The position numbers and the translations under genes were made by a program. Of a DNA stretch of 64,000 nt, positions 1-15,981 are shown piece by piece. The first letter of the stretch is position 1; the number at the start of each line of letters is the position of its first letter. The stretch lies in assembly GCA_964016885.1 (NCBI GenBank), contig OZ024761.1, positions 24,242,001-24,306,000 on the forward strand. Reading direction: 5' to 3'. The stretch is from Eledone cirrhosa (Eukaryota). The notes under the pieces are model-generated. The model made no database searches, was not told the DNA's origin, and saw nothing but the letters and a program-made list of their open reading frames with translations.

Positions 1-36
<36 letters not shown>

Positions 37-136
37 TAATAAAAACAATGAAATAAAAACAAAGAACAAGTTCCTTATATGAAAAAAAAAAAAATCATCA
101 TTTTACGATCGTTTCTAGGATGTATATGTGTGTTGG

Positions 137-274
<138 letters not shown>

Positions 275-1602
275 GTATATTTAATAGTAATTAAACCGAT
301 CGAAACAGCAATGTTCCCCCGTCAACCTCTCTCACCACCCCCACCACCACCACGTCCTCCACTACACCACCACCACCCCCATCACCACTATTACACTACT
401 ACCACCACTACACTACCACCACCACCATCACCACCACCACAACCACCACCATCACCACCACTTCCACTACACTACTCCCACCCCCTTCACCACTATTACA
501 CTACCACCACCACTACACTACCACCAACACCACCCCCATCACCACTATTACACTACCACCACCACTACACTACCACCACTACATTACCCCCCCCCCCTCC
601 ACACACACACACAAAACCACCACCATCACCACCACCTCCACTACACCACCCCACCCCATCACCACTATTACACCACCACTACACTACCACCACCGCCACC
701 ATCACCACCACCTCCACTACAGCACCCCACCCCCACCCTCATCACCACTATTACACTACACTACCACCACTACACTACCACCACCCCCACCTCCACTACA
801 CCACCACCTCCACTACACCACCACCGCCATCACCACTATTACACTACCACCACCACCACTACCACCTCCACCACCACCACCACCTTTACATCATCTCCAC
901 CGTCTCTACCACCTCTAATACCAACACCAATACGCTCTCTCCCAACTCTACGTCAACAGCAGCTGGCATCCATGTTTTTTTTCATTTTATATATAAAAGG
1001 ACAGATCACACGTGTGTGTCAGTGTGTGTGTATGTGTATGTGTGTGTATATGGGGTTGTGTGTATGCATATATATATATATATATGCATGTATGTATGTA
1101 TTTATGTATGTATGTATATACGGTGCATGTGTCAATGCAAGTATGTGTATATATGGGTTTGTGTGTATGCATATATTATATATATATATGGATGTATGTG
1201 AGCATTTATGTATGTATGAATGTATGCATATGTGTATGTATGTATGTATGTATGAATGTATGTATATGTATCTACGTATGAATGTATGTATATGTGTATG
1301 TTTGTATGTATGTATGAATGTATGTATATGTATCTACGTATGAATGTATGTATATGTGTATGTATGTATGTATGTATGAATGTATGTATATGTGTGTATG
1401 TATGAATGTATGTATATGTGTATGTACGTATGAATGTATGTATATGTGTGTATGTATGTATGCATGTGTATATGGTGCATGTGTGTGCATGTATGTATAT
1501 AAATGTGGGGTTGTGTATATGCATATATATGGATGTATGTGTGTATATGCTTATATGTATATATGTGGGTATGTATATATGTAAGTATGTGAGCGTGTAT
1601 GC

Positions 1603-1686
<84 letters not shown>

Positions 1687-2846
1687 TATATATACGTGTG
1701 TGTGTATATATGTAATGTATGTATATATGTAATGTATGTATATATGTAATGTATATATATATATATGTAATGTATATATATATATACATATGTATATATA
1801 TATATATATATATACACATATATACCTGTGCATATATATATATATATATATATTTATGTAATGTATGTATATATATGTGTGTGTGTAATGTATGTATATA
1901 TGTAATGTATATATATATATATATATATATATGTAATGTAAGTGTGTATGTGAACATATATGGAGGGAATACCGTGAAGTCTTCGAGGAGTAGGGGGTGG
2001 AGAGCTGTGTATATAATGTTGTAAAGTGGATGGCGTGCTAGGGCAGGGTGGGTGGGAGGGAACGGCTGGTACGTCTTATCTCAAACGACTTCTTTTTTTT
2101 TTAAAGTCAACGAACTAATTAATATAAACTAAACTATATTAAACCTAGATAATTTATCTGATTAATGAACGAGTTGCAAACCAACACCACCACCGCCATC
2201 GCTACCACCACCGCCACCGTCACCACCACCAACATCGCCACCACTGCCACCGCCACCTCACCACCACCGTCATCACTACCACCACCACCATTGCTACACC
2301 ACCGCCATCGCTACCACCACCGCCACCGTCACCACCACCAGCATCACCACCACTGCCACCGCCACCTCACCACCACCGTCATCACTACCACCACCACCAC
2401 CACCATCGCTACCGACACTACCACCACCACCACCACCACTACCGCCACAACCACCGTCACTACCACCAACATCGCCACCACCACTGCCACCACCACCACC
2501 ACCGTCAACGCCACCACCGCCACTGTCACTACCACAGCCACCACTGCCACCACCACCACTTCCACCACCACCGTCAACACCACCACCACCACCACTGACA
2601 ACAACAACACCAACAGCAGCAGAGCAGCACACACACACCCACACACACTCTCCCTCCCCCACACCCACACACACTCACCCACTCACCCACACCCACTCAC
2701 CTACACCCACGCACCCACACGCACACTCTCCCACACACACCCGCCCACCCACCCATTCACCCACACCCACACATACACACTCTGCCACACGCACACTCAC
2801 ACACACTCACTCACACTCACCCACACATACACCCCACTCACACTCT

Positions 2847-3235
2847 GCCTGGAGTGCCTCGCTGATTTGCGAGCTCTACCTGGAGTGACTCTCTGAACTC
2901 CGAGCTACAAATCTGTCCAGCGATTCTTTCCTGAGACATTCTAACCACATGTCCATAGTATCAGAGCTGTGATCTCTCAATTCGTAGAAGTAGCAGCTCT
3001 ACCTGGAGTGACTCTCTGATCTCCGAGCTACAAATCTCTCCAGCGGTTCTTTCCTGAGACATTCTAACCACATGTCAAGGATATCAGAGCTGTGATCTCT
3101 CAATTCGTAGAAGTAGCGGCTCTACCTGGAGTGCCTCTCTGATTTCCGAGCTACGGTGGAGCCCTATTTTGGCCGCTTGTATTCGTGATCGTGCTGTTTC
3201 AGCCATTACCCAAGATGCATGGCGCGATTTTCTCA
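2847..3235 (-). mobile_element. RTE-derived fragment with an internal ~123-bp tandem duplication
   Basis: gagctgtgatctctcaattcgtagaagtagcagctctacctggagtg matches 28530-28600 and is repeated. Confidence 0.75.
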
Positions 3236-3244
3236 GTTATTATT

Positions 3245-3620
3245 GGCAGTATCGGTAGAGAGTCGGACACCATGCTTTCTAGTATAGTTACGTCCCTTTA
3301 CAGTCTGAGTTCAAATCCCGCCGAGGTTAACTTTGCCTTTCATCCTTACGGCGTCGATAAAATAAAGTACCAGAAATGCACTGGGGTAATTGCTGGCCCC
3401 TTGTGCCTAAAGTAGAAACAATTATTTACCGTGATGAAGGCGGTTGATTGTCAGAATCGGAAGAGCGTCGGACGCCATGCTTTACAGCACAGAATTACGA
3501 CCCTTTCCGGTCTGAATTCAAATCCTGCCGAGGTTAACTTCGTTTTCATCCTTAAATACAATACCAGTAATGCACTGGGGTAATTGCTGGCCTTGTACTA
3601 AAAGTAGATACAATTATTAT
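3245..3620 (+). mobile_element. Two tandem copies of the same SINE
   Basis: Match to the 26389 unit, including the B box. Confidence 0.85.
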
Positions 3621-4153
3621 TTATGATCTATAACTATTATAGTTATTTACGTTGGAACGACTACATTTAAAATGTCAGTCGGATTTTCATATTTCACTGT
3701 TTATTCGGAGAGATTAGAGCAGTGTGTGACCCCTTCATTATAATTTCTCACTGTATCTTATTGTTTAGGGTACTATTGTTGTTGTTGTTGTTGTTGCTGT
3801 TGTTACTGTTGTTGTTGTTGTTGTTGTTGTTGTTGCTGTTGTTACTGTTGTTGTTGTTGTTGTTGCTGTTGTTGTTGGTGGTGCTACTGTTGTTGGTGTT
3901 GCAGTTGTTGTTGTTGCTGTTGTTGTTGGTGGTGCTACTGTTGTTGGTGTTGTAGTTGGACTTGCAGATGTTGTTAGTGCAGTCGCTACAACTGCTACAT
4001 CTGTTGCAGCTAGCAACATCTTTTGCTACTGCTAGAGTATTTAATACACACACACATATATACAAATATGCATACATATATGTGTATACATATATATATA
4101 TATATGCGTGCATAGCTATATATGTGTGTGAACATATATATATTATATATATA

Positions 4154-4206
<53 letters not shown>

Positions 4207-4260
4207 CGTTTCTGAATTTGTTTAGCAAGATTCTTTATCTGAAAACGTGTGCTGAAACCG

Positions 4261-4632
4261 ATATTGTTATACTTTGGGAGGGCCATGTTGCCAATAAGAA
4301 ACACACGCACCACATACTTTCACTTCAATTTATTATAAATTAAATTCATAAATTTAGGAATTTACAAATTTCCGGTTGGTTGGTTGGTTCCACAACCGGA
4401 CGGTTGTTCATATATTGTCAAAGTTCTTTCGTCACACATTCTGTGACCTATTCAGTGGCTGGGGTTTCTATATATGACAATATATGAACAATCGTCCGGT
4501 TGTGGAACCAACCAACCAACCAACCGGAAATTTATAAATCCCTAAATTTATAAATTTAATTTATAATAAATTGAAGTGAAAGCAACTGATGCGTGTGTTT
4601 CTTGTTGGCAACATGACCCTCCCAAAGTATAG

Positions 4633-4638
<6 letters not shown>
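4261..4638. mobile_element. Foldback element, ~160-bp imperfect inverted arms with 54-bp spacer
   Basis: 4261-4420 is the reverse complement of 4475-4638. The terminus GACCCTCCCAAAGTATAGCAATATA runs into (TA)n. Confidence 0.85.
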
Positions 4639-4670
<32 letters not shown>

Positions 4671-4829
4671 GTTTATATATATATAAATAAACACACACAC
4701 ACACACACATATATATGAGGTATAAATGGAAGTTGTAGTTGCCATACAACAGGTAATATTCGAGTTGTTTGAGGCAATCACAAACCACTCGATGTAGATC
4801 TCAATCTATTATCTTCCAGATTATATATA

Positions 4830-4946
<117 letters not shown>

Positions 4947-4974
4947 AAATGAATATCCGAAGGTAAAATTCCAA

Positions 4975-5062
4975 TCATTTAATCACGACACATGTTTCAA
5001 TAAGAGATAGATCGATTGTGAAGCCATGATCGATTATCACTGATCTCATCAGGTGAAAATGA
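4975..5062 (-). ncRNA. Type-I hammerhead ribozyme (Penelope-like minimal form)
   Basis: Minus strand: UCAUUU-UCAC CUGAUGA [GAU..GAUA AUCGAU...AUCGAU CUAUC..AUU] GAAAC AUGU GUC| GUGA-UU-AAAUGA. Intact core, GUC site, stem I pairs. Confidence 0.8.
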
Positions 5063-5210
5063 ATTGTCTTCAAATGCTTGATATGAGGGAGAAAAAAACG
5101 ATATTCTCTCACAGAATTCATTCCCTCATATGGAAACATATATATATGTTTAAGTATATATATCTATATATATATCTATATCTATATATATATATATATC
5201 TATATATATA

Positions 5211-5274
<64 letters not shown>

Positions 5275-5342
5275 TGTTTTGCAAGGTTTTTGATATAAAA
5301 TATCGTACGCGTTACAATACAACGGGGGGAAACATAATAGTA

Positions 5343-6413
5343 CCATACAACACCCCCTAACACTGTAGACGCCCCCAGCCTCCATACAACACCCCCTAAC
5401 ACTGTAGCCACCCCTCCTAACACTGTAGCCGCCCCAACCTCCATACAACAGCCCCTAACACTGTAGACGCTCCCATCCTCCCTACAACACCCCCTAACAC
5501 TGTAGACGCCCCCAGCCTCCCTACAACAGCCCCTAACACTGTAGACGCCCCATCCTCCCTACAACACCCCCTAACACTGTAGACGCCCCCAGCCTCCATA
5601 CAACACCCCCTAACACTGTAGACGCCCCCAGCCTCCATACAACACCCCCTAACACTGTAGACGCCCCCAGCCTCCATACAACACCCCCTAACACTGTAGA
5701 CGCCCCCAGCCTCCATACAACACCCCCTAACACTGTAGACGCCCCCAGCCTCCATACAACACCCCCTAACACTGTAGACGCCCCCAGCCTCCATACAACA
5801 CCCCCTAACACTGTAGACGCCCCCAGCCTCCATACAACACCCCCTAACACTGTAGACGCCCCCAGCCTCCATACAACACCCCCTAACACTGTAGACGCCC
5901 CCAGCCTCCATACAACACCCCCTAACACTGTAGCCACCCCCCCTAACACTGTAACCGCCCCCAACCTCTATACAACAGCCCCTAACACTGTAGACGCCCC
6001 CAGCCTCCCTACAACACCCCCTAACACTGTAACCGCCCCCAACCTCCATACAACAGCCCCTAACACTGTAGACGCCCCAGCCTCCTTACAACACCCCCTA
6101 ACACTGTAGACGCCCCCAGCCTCCTTACAACACCCCCTAACACTGTAGCCACCCCTCCTAACACTGTAGCCGCCCCAGCCTCCATACAACACCCCCTAAC
6201 ACTGTAGCCGCCCCCAGCCTCCCTACAACACCCCCTAACACTGTAGCCACCCCTCCTAACACTGTAGCCGCCCCAGCCTCCATACAACACCCCCTAACAC
6301 TGTAGCCACCCCTCCTAACACTGTAGCCGCCCCAGCCTCCATACAACACCCCCTAACACTGTAGCCGCCCCCAGCCTCCCTACAACACCCCCTAACACTG
6401 TAGACGCCCCCAG
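5343..6413. repeat. 39-bp minisatellite with interspersed 20-bp subunit
   Basis: Unit ccccctaacactgtagacgcccccagcctccatacaaca, roughly 25 copies. Confidence 0.95.
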
Positions 6414-7544
6414 AACTAGACTAGTGGTATAATCCACCCTTACAAAACAATTTTATCAGAATCTCTAACTTTTTAACTCCCAAACATGAAGTCTTCTTCG
6501 TCGCCATGGGAACAAATGTAGGAATATAAGGAGTATCTCCCCCCCCCCCCATTTCATTCCTCTTCCTCCTTCTCCTCGTCGTCATCATCATCATCATCAC
6601 CAACGTCATCGTCATCATTATCGTCCTTATCCTCTCCTCTCCATCATCATCATCCTTATATTCTCTTCCTCCTCTTTCTTTCCTCCTCCACCACCACCAC
6701 CACCTTCATCTCCTCTCCTTCTTCACCACCTCCTCCTCCTCCCCTTTCTCATCGCCTCCTCCTGTACCACTACTTCTTCCACTTCCACCTCATCCCACCA
6801 CCACCTACCACACCCTTCTCCACTTCGTCTACTACCTCTTCCCCCCTCCCTCCTACTCCCCCTCATATGTTCCCCCTTCCCCTCATCATCAGTAGCCATC
6901 CACCTAAACTCATTCATTGCCATTTCCTATTTGTTTTGCCTCCTTTATCTCTATTTTCTATCTTTTTATATTATTTTATTTTATTTTTTTTTTATTTTTT
7001 TTTTATTTTTTTTTTAATTTTTTTTTTATAATCTGTTGCTGTTGTTGTTGTTGTTGTTGTTGTTGTTATAATCGTGTTGGGTCGCTGAAATATTGTCTAC
7101 TTCGATTCGCCTGTGTGATTATACTCTGGTCAATATTCAATAAGTGGCGTTTATAAGCTATAACTACAATATAGAAGATAATAAATAATAATAAAACAAT
7201 AATAAAAACACATGTAACAAACAATGAAAATAATTAAATAATAATTAACAACAACAACAACAGCAACAATATCAGCAACACCAACAACAAGAACATCAGC
7301 AACAACGACAACAGCAACAACAACAGCACCAAGAACAACACAGAAACAAACTAGGAATAGTAACAATTAATTTCGCGATGTATTTCAAAATCTAATTAGA
7401 AATTTTTTCTTTCCTGTTTTTTTTTGTTTAATTAATCCATGAAACTTAATGAAGTCGATGGAATGATAGCAACTGTTTTATCTAGAGTTAGGCCAACCAT
7501 ACTGACAGATGTAGATATATAGATAGATTGGTCAAAGAAACAAG

Positions 7545-8140
7545 AGACACACAGACAGACAATCAGTTGGACAGACAGACAGTCAGACAGACAGTCAGTT
7601 GGACAGCCAGACAGTCAGTCAGCCAGTCAGACAGCCAGACAGACAGTCAGACAGAGAGTCAGACAGTTGGACAGCCAGACACTCAGACAGCCAGTCAGAC
7701 AGTTGGACAGCCAGACACTCAGACAGCCAGACAGTCAGACAGACAGCCAGTCAGCCAGACAGAGAGTCAGACAGTTGGACAGTCAGCCAGCCAGAGAATC
7801 AGACAGTCAGATAGACAGAGAGTTGGACAGTCAGTCAGCCAGACAGTCAGACACTCAGATAGACAGTTGGACAGTCAGTCAGCCAGACAGTCAGACAGAG
7901 AGTCAGACAGTTGGACAGCCAGACACTCAGACAGTCAGACAGAGAGACAGTTGGACAGCCAGACACTCAGACAGCCAGTCAGACAGATAGTCAGACAGTT
8001 GGACAGCCAGACACTCAGACAGCCAGACAGTCAGACAGACAGACAGCCAGACAGAGAGTCAGACAGTTGGACAGACAGCCAGAGAATCAGACAGACAACC
8101 AGACAGCCAGACAGTCAGTCAGCCAGACAGTCAGTCAGCA
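7545..8140. repeat. (AGAC/AGTC/AGCC)n compound tetranucleotide minisatellite
   Basis: Recurring agacagttggacagccagacactc. Confidence 0.9.
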
Positions 8141-8260
8141 ACCATCGTAGAAAACCACATTTAGCTAACTACTTCACTCAAGTATAATTAAATTAATTGT
8201 AATTAACAAAATCTCACCTATGGATACCACATCTCCAAAATATCACCAGCAACAATAATA

Positions 8261-9128
8261 ATTGTTTCTACTTTTGGCACAAGGCCAGCAATTATCCCAG
8301 TGTATTACTGGTACTTTATTTTATCGACCCCGTAAGGATGAAAGACAAAGTTAACCTCGGCGGGATTTGAACTCAGACCGTAAAGGGACGTAACTCTTTG
8401 CTGCAAAGCATGGCGTCCGATCCTCTACCGATACTGCAAACCCACCGCTAATAATGGTTTCTAATTTAGGTTAAAGGACAACAACGTTTTGCTGAGCGGG
8501 AAGTCGATTAAATTAACCCCCGGTGTATTACTGGTACTTTATTTTATCGACCCTGTAAAGATGAAAGGCAAAGCTAACCTCATAGATATTTCAACTGACA
8601 AGGTAAAGGGACGTAAAGGGCCGTAGCTCTATGATTTAGGCTCAAAGAGAAGAGAAAGACGACTGAATCTCCCTCAGTGCGTTAATGGTGAGTTCAAATC
8701 CCGCTAAGGTTAGCTTTGTCTTTCATGCTTACGGGGTCCATAAAATAAAGTACCAGTAACGTACTGGAGCCGTTTAATTGACTTTGCCCTCCTAAAGATT
8801 GTTGGCTTTGTGCCTAAATCATAAACCCCTATTATTTTATGTAAGAAACTTTATGTTATGTTCCAAGCAGCTTAATAAGGAGAAATTTAGTTATTTTAGG
8901 AAATTGTCCCCATTTTCCCTTTTTGTATTATTTTAAAAGTTATTTATAAGGGCGGTGGATTGGCAGTATCGGTAGAGGATCGGACGCCATGTTTTGTAGC
9001 ATAGAGTTACGCCCCTTTACGGTCTGAGCTCAAATCCCGCCGAGGTTAACTTTGCCTTTCATCCTTACGGGGTCGATAAAATAAAGTACCAGTCATGAAC
9101 TGAGATAAATGCCGGCCCTAAACAATTA
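8261..9128. mobile_element. SINE cluster: two minus copies (8261-8585) and two plus copies (8689-8830, 8950-9128)
   Basis: Match to the 26389 unit in both orientations. Confidence 0.82.
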
Positions 9129-9849
9129 TTTAAAAAGTTATTTGAAAATTATAGGGATAAGTATGATTTATTGGGCAGAGTTATTCGAGCTCCTGTTTCA
9201 ATGGATCGATATCTGCTCCGGTTCAAGGTAATTTGATCTGAGTTCGACTCTCATCGAGGAGGTCAAATTTGCCTTTGTGGATCTGGTGTGGAGGTGATGG
9301 TGCTGTGGAGGTGTGGACTAGAATGGTGGGTTGATAAATAAAGTACAACTACTGAACTGTTAGACGGACTGGTGGAATTATTAGAGCGTCGAATGGTGAA
9401 CCGAATTTTTGAACCTCTGAATGGTGAACCGCTACTTTCTGAGGAGTTCAAATCCCACGCTTGTGAACAACAGATAGTATCAAGCGAGGTATATAAAAAA
9501 AAAAGCCGAACACACAAAGCAAGCAAAACAATGGAATCTTTGTTTTCAAGGTCTGATCTGATGAGCAGCTCTTTTTTTCTGTCAGGAATAGTGACTAACA
9601 GATAACTATCAGCAATATGGCCGAGTGGTTAAGATGTTCCTTTCGATTAAAGCTGCTTATCTCATTTTTTTCACGTTCTCTCTCTCATGTTCTCTCTCTC
9701 TCTCTCCCATGTTCTCTCTCTCTCTCTCTCTCTCTCGCCTCTCCCCCTCCCTCTCTCTCTCTCACTCATTCATTTTTTTCTTTCTCTCACACCCAACACA
9801 CCACTTTCTGTCCAAACATATATAATCTGTAGACGTTGCTGATGTCTCT

Positions 9850-11169
<1,320 letters not shown>

Positions 11170-12292
11170 CATTATATACTTAGCAAAGAATTATTACTCC
11201 ATTCCATGTAATCTGTGATGCTTTAAAGGATGTACTTATACATTAGCGAGATATTTGGAAGATTCCAAATGGATCGAAGAATTAGGGGGGGGAGGGGGAG
11301 ATCACAAGATGGCCGTTACCAGTGTCTTTACCAGTATTTAGCGAGTCTAGAGTTGCTTAGGTTAGCAACAGAGGCTCGAAGAGCTTAAGATCGGACGGTA
11401 TCTGGTGGTGGTGGTGTGTGTGGTGGTGTGTGGTGGTGGTGTGTGTGGTGGTGGTGGTTGTGTGGTGGTGGTGTGTGCGTGTGGTGTGGTGGTGGTTTGC
11501 GTGGTGGTGGGGGGTGTTGAAGATCGGACGGTATCTGGTGGTGGTGGTGGTGTGTGTGGTGGTGGTGTGTGCGTGTGGTGGTGGTTTGCGTGGTGGTGGG
11601 GGGGTGTTGAAGATCGGACGGTATCTGGTGGTGGTGTGTGAGGTGGTGGTGGTGGTGTGTGTGGTGGTGTGGTGTGGTTGTTGGTGTGTGTGTGGTGTGT
11701 GGTGTGTGGTGGTGGTGGTGGTGGTGTGGTGGTGGTGTGTGTGGTGGTAGTGTGTGTGTGTGGTGGTGTGGTTGTGGTGGTGGTGTGTGTGTGTGGTGTG
11801 TGGTGGTGTGGTTGTGGTGTGTGTGGTGGTGGTGTGGTGGTGGTGGGTGTGGTGGGCGGGTGTTGAAGATCGGACGGTATCTGGTGGTGGTGTGTGAGGT
11901 GGTGGTGGTGGTGTGTGTGGTGGTGTGGTGTGGTTGTTGGTGTGGTGGTGGTGGTTGTTGGTGGTGGTGTGTGTGGTGGTGTGTTGGTGTGGTGTGGTTG
12001 TTGGTGTGGTGGTGGTGTGGTGTGGTGGTGGTGTGGTGTGGTGTGGTGGTGTGGTGCTAGTGTGTGAGTGGTGGTGGTGTGGTGGTATGTCAGTAGTGTG
12101 GTGTGGTGTGTTGGTGGTGTGGTGTGTTGGTGGTGATGGTGTGGTGGTGGTGGTGGTGGTGGTGTGGTGGTGGTGTGGTGGTGGTGTGTCGGTGGTGGTG
12201 GTGGTGTGGTGGTGGTGGTGGTGGTGGTGGTGTGTGGTGGTGGTGGTGTGGTGGTGGTGTGGTGGTGTGTGAGTGGTGATGTGTGGTGTGAG

Positions 12293-12323
<31 letters not shown>

Positions 12324-12631
12324 GAGATAGAGAGATGGAGAGAGAGAGAGAGATTAGCAGAAAGGGAGAGAAATAGAGAAAGAAAGACAGAAAGAGATAG
12401 AGAGAGTGTGAGGTTAGGGGGTGAGAGTGGGACGGGAGGAAAAGTGAGAGTAGAAGAGAATAGGAAGGAGAAAGATTAGCAGAAACTGTCGGCAGAATAC
12501 TCGTGAGATACACACACACATATATATACATACATACATATATACATATATACTTACATTCACACATATATATACATATATATATATATGAACCTAGATA
12601 TTCATATATACATACATATATACATATATGA

Positions 12632-12708
<77 letters not shown>

Positions 12709-12732
12709 CATGTATATATAAATATATATATA

Positions 12733-12789
<57 letters not shown>

Positions 12790-12801
12790 ATATAAATATA
12801 T

Positions 12802-12985
12802 ATAGGAAAAAGTATGACCCCGACGGGAGCTCAAGCCGTTTCGACGGCTATTTCAGTCCAGAAATAGCCGTCGAAACGGCTTGAGCTCTGCCATCGGGGT
12901 CATACTATTTCCTATTACCCACTCTAACACCCTAAGTATTGAGTACTCTGGTGCGTTATGGTCCATCTGGTTCCCTACCACTTCG

Positions 12986-12987
<2 letters not shown>
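12802..12987 (+). mobile_element. Hairpin-headed short element, family A, copy 1
   Basis: Inverted repeat ataggaaaaagtatgaccccgacgg...gccgtcgaaacggcttgagctctgccatcggggtcatac, followed by the tail taccctaagtattgagtactctggtgcgttatggtccatctgg. Flanked by (TA)n. Confidence 0.85.
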
Positions 12988-13031
<44 letters not shown>

Positions 13032-13050
13032 GCATATGCATTTAACTATA

Positions 13051-13110
<60 letters not shown>

Positions 13111-13260
13111 TATGCATTTAACTATATATATGTATATATATATATTAATAAGAGGAATTCCAACTTTGTCTGATTTACTCGTTTTATTTACAATCCTTTA
13201 AAATTTATAATGGTATTATAATGAAATAGTATGATAGAATATTAAATTCTAAGTGTTAAT

Positions 13261-13299
13261 TGAACAAGTACTTTCATGCTTTCGCAATCTTCAGGTTCA
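13261..13299 (-). ncRNA. Minimal hammerhead ribozyme motif (left arm of palindrome)
   Basis: Reverse complement of the 13372-13410 motif. Confidence 0.6.
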
Positions 13300-13371
13300 T
13301 AATGTGTGGTGACAGTCAAGTTTGCAATTTTCACAGTTGAAAATTGCAAACTTGACTGTCACCACATATTA

Positions 13372-13410
13372 TGAACCTGAAGATTGCGAAAGCATGAAAG
13401 TACTTGTTCA
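13372..13410 (+). ncRNA. Minimal hammerhead ribozyme motif (39 nt)
   Basis: UGAAC CUGAAGA U-UGC-GAAA-GCA-U GAAA GUAC UU| GUUCA. 5-bp stem I. Palindromic AAGUACUU replaces stem III. U-U mismatch at the base of stem II. Confidence 0.6.
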
Positions 13411-13576
13411 ATTAACACTTAGAATTTAATATTCTATCATACTATTTCATTATAATACCATTATAAATTTTAAAGGATTGTAAATAAAACGAGTAAATCA
13501 GACAAAGTTGAAATTCCTCTTATTAATATAATCTTCTATACACAATCATACACACCCGTGTATATTTATATATCTA

Positions 13577-13654
<78 letters not shown>

Positions 13655-13808
13655 TATGCATTTAACTATATATATGTATATATATATATATATAGACGGC
13701 CATCACCTTTGCTTTAAAACCCTCTCCTTAAAGTTGTTGTCTGTAAAGAAATGCCGAATGTCCGTGCCATGACCAGCTGGTGTCGGTCACTGTTCATCTA
13801 CAACTTTC

Positions 13809-13870
<62 letters not shown>

Positions 13871-14032
13871 CATATATATATATTTATATATATATATAAC
13901 ATATATATATATTTATATAACATATATATATATATATATTTATATAACATATATATATATATTTATATAACATATATATATATAACATATATATATATAT
14001 ATATATAACATATATATATATATATATATAAC

Positions 14033-14069
<37 letters not shown>

Positions 14070-14165
14070 ACATATATATATATATATATATACATGACTG
14101 ACTGAATGAGTTGAGGTCCAGAACACAACGAAACTTAAGTGCCTGTTTATGTCACTGTTGTGTGC

Positions 14166-14218
<53 letters not shown>

Positions 14219-14397
14219 AACATTGCTCTACAAATATATATATATATATATATACACACACCTGAACATTCGCACCAATACACGCGCGCTTACACATACA
14301 TACATACATACATACATACATACATACATACATACCCACACATATATATATAAATAAACACACACATTCACGCATGAACATACACATGCAGACTTAC

Positions 14398-14521
<124 letters not shown>

Positions 14522-15233
14522 TTATATATACACTAAGACATTCACCCACACATACACACATCTAATGGTGATGGCGTCTGTCAGGACGCATTCTTGCAAC
14601 GCAGCACAACATTTCACAAGTGTTTCGTAATCAGATTGTTACCTACTTCAGCTGACCAAGTGGATCTGTCACCACCTCCACCGCTGACACCACCACCACC
14701 ACCACCACACTGACACCACCGCCACTGACAACATCACCAACACAGCCTCTGCCACCATCACCACCACCACCATAACCACCAGCTCAACCACCACGCCATT
14801 CGAGCCAACACAACTGACCAACTGGTCATGTCAATACCACTACCACCACCACCACCACACCACCACCACCATCTCCAGCCCACCGCCACCCACACCGCCA
14901 TCACTGCCATTATCAACACCACCACAACCACCAGTACTATTATCAGCCCCATCACCTTCACACCCACAACCACCACCAAACTCACCAGGCCAAGGCCTCC
15001 ATCGCCAATACCACTATCAACACCACAACGCCATTCGAGCAAACACAACTGACCAACTGGACATGTCAAAAACAGCACCACCAACACCACTACCATCACC
15101 ATCAACATCACCATCACCACCACCACCACCACCACCACCACCACCACCACCACCTACATCATCATCATCATCACTATCACGTTATCATTTCTACACCTCA
15201 ACTGACCAATTCTACATGTCCATCAATACAACC

Positions 15234-15265
<32 letters not shown>

Positions 15266-15437
15266 CAACCATAACACCACCACCACTAACACCACCACTA
15301 ACACCATTACCATCACCATCAACACCACCACCACCACACTACCACATTTGTCTTCTCCAACGGAGCAACTGCTGTTGACACTTAAATAATATCAATATTA
15401 TTTTCTCTCTCTCACTACTCTCCCCCCTCCCCCTCTC

Positions 15438-15527
<90 letters not shown>

Positions 15528-15981
15528 CTATCTATCTCTAGCAAGTTTTGCTTCCTTCTTCCATCATCCTTTGATAAATTTAATAACTGTGATAGGAATT
15601 TAATGGACTTGCAGTAAGTTCACACTGAAGAAACACAACGTCACTGAAACAACGTGTTGTATGGAGGCGAACAAATAACACAGCTTTAACAGAATTTCAA
15701 TAAATATTAGATCAGAAATTAACTACTTGACCCTCCCACGGACCCTCTCTCGGACCCTCTCTCGACATTTCACGGTTTAGAAAGCATTAAAGATTACTGT
15801 GGGTGTTTTAAAAGTTTTATTTATCATATATATATATATATATATATACACATGTATACATAAGTATATATAACTTTAATAATAATAACAGTATTGCTAT
15901 TATTGGGTATATACTTATCCAGAAGTTAGATTGACCGCATATTGACTCTTTGGTATTTCTTATTCTTTATATATATATATA

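Larger units (their letters stand above)
13141..13530. mobile_element. Near-perfect palindrome, 193-bp arms, 4-nt loop (cagt)
   Basis: 13141-13333 versus 13338-13530, about two mismatches. Lies in (TA)n and carries the two inverted hammerhead motifs. Confidence 0.92.

Noticed and set aside
311-960. ATG TTC CCC (MFPRQP...) as the Drgx first exon
   Set aside because: It runs into (CAC)n repeats, with no similarity beyond MF and no convincing donor.
5343-6413. Minisatellite as a CRISPR array or repeat protein
   Set aside because: Pure tandem units with no spacers. The open frame follows from 39 being a multiple of 3.
15625-15660. ctgaaga...gaaac motif (similar at 60121)
   Set aside because: No stem II and no valid cleavage triplet.
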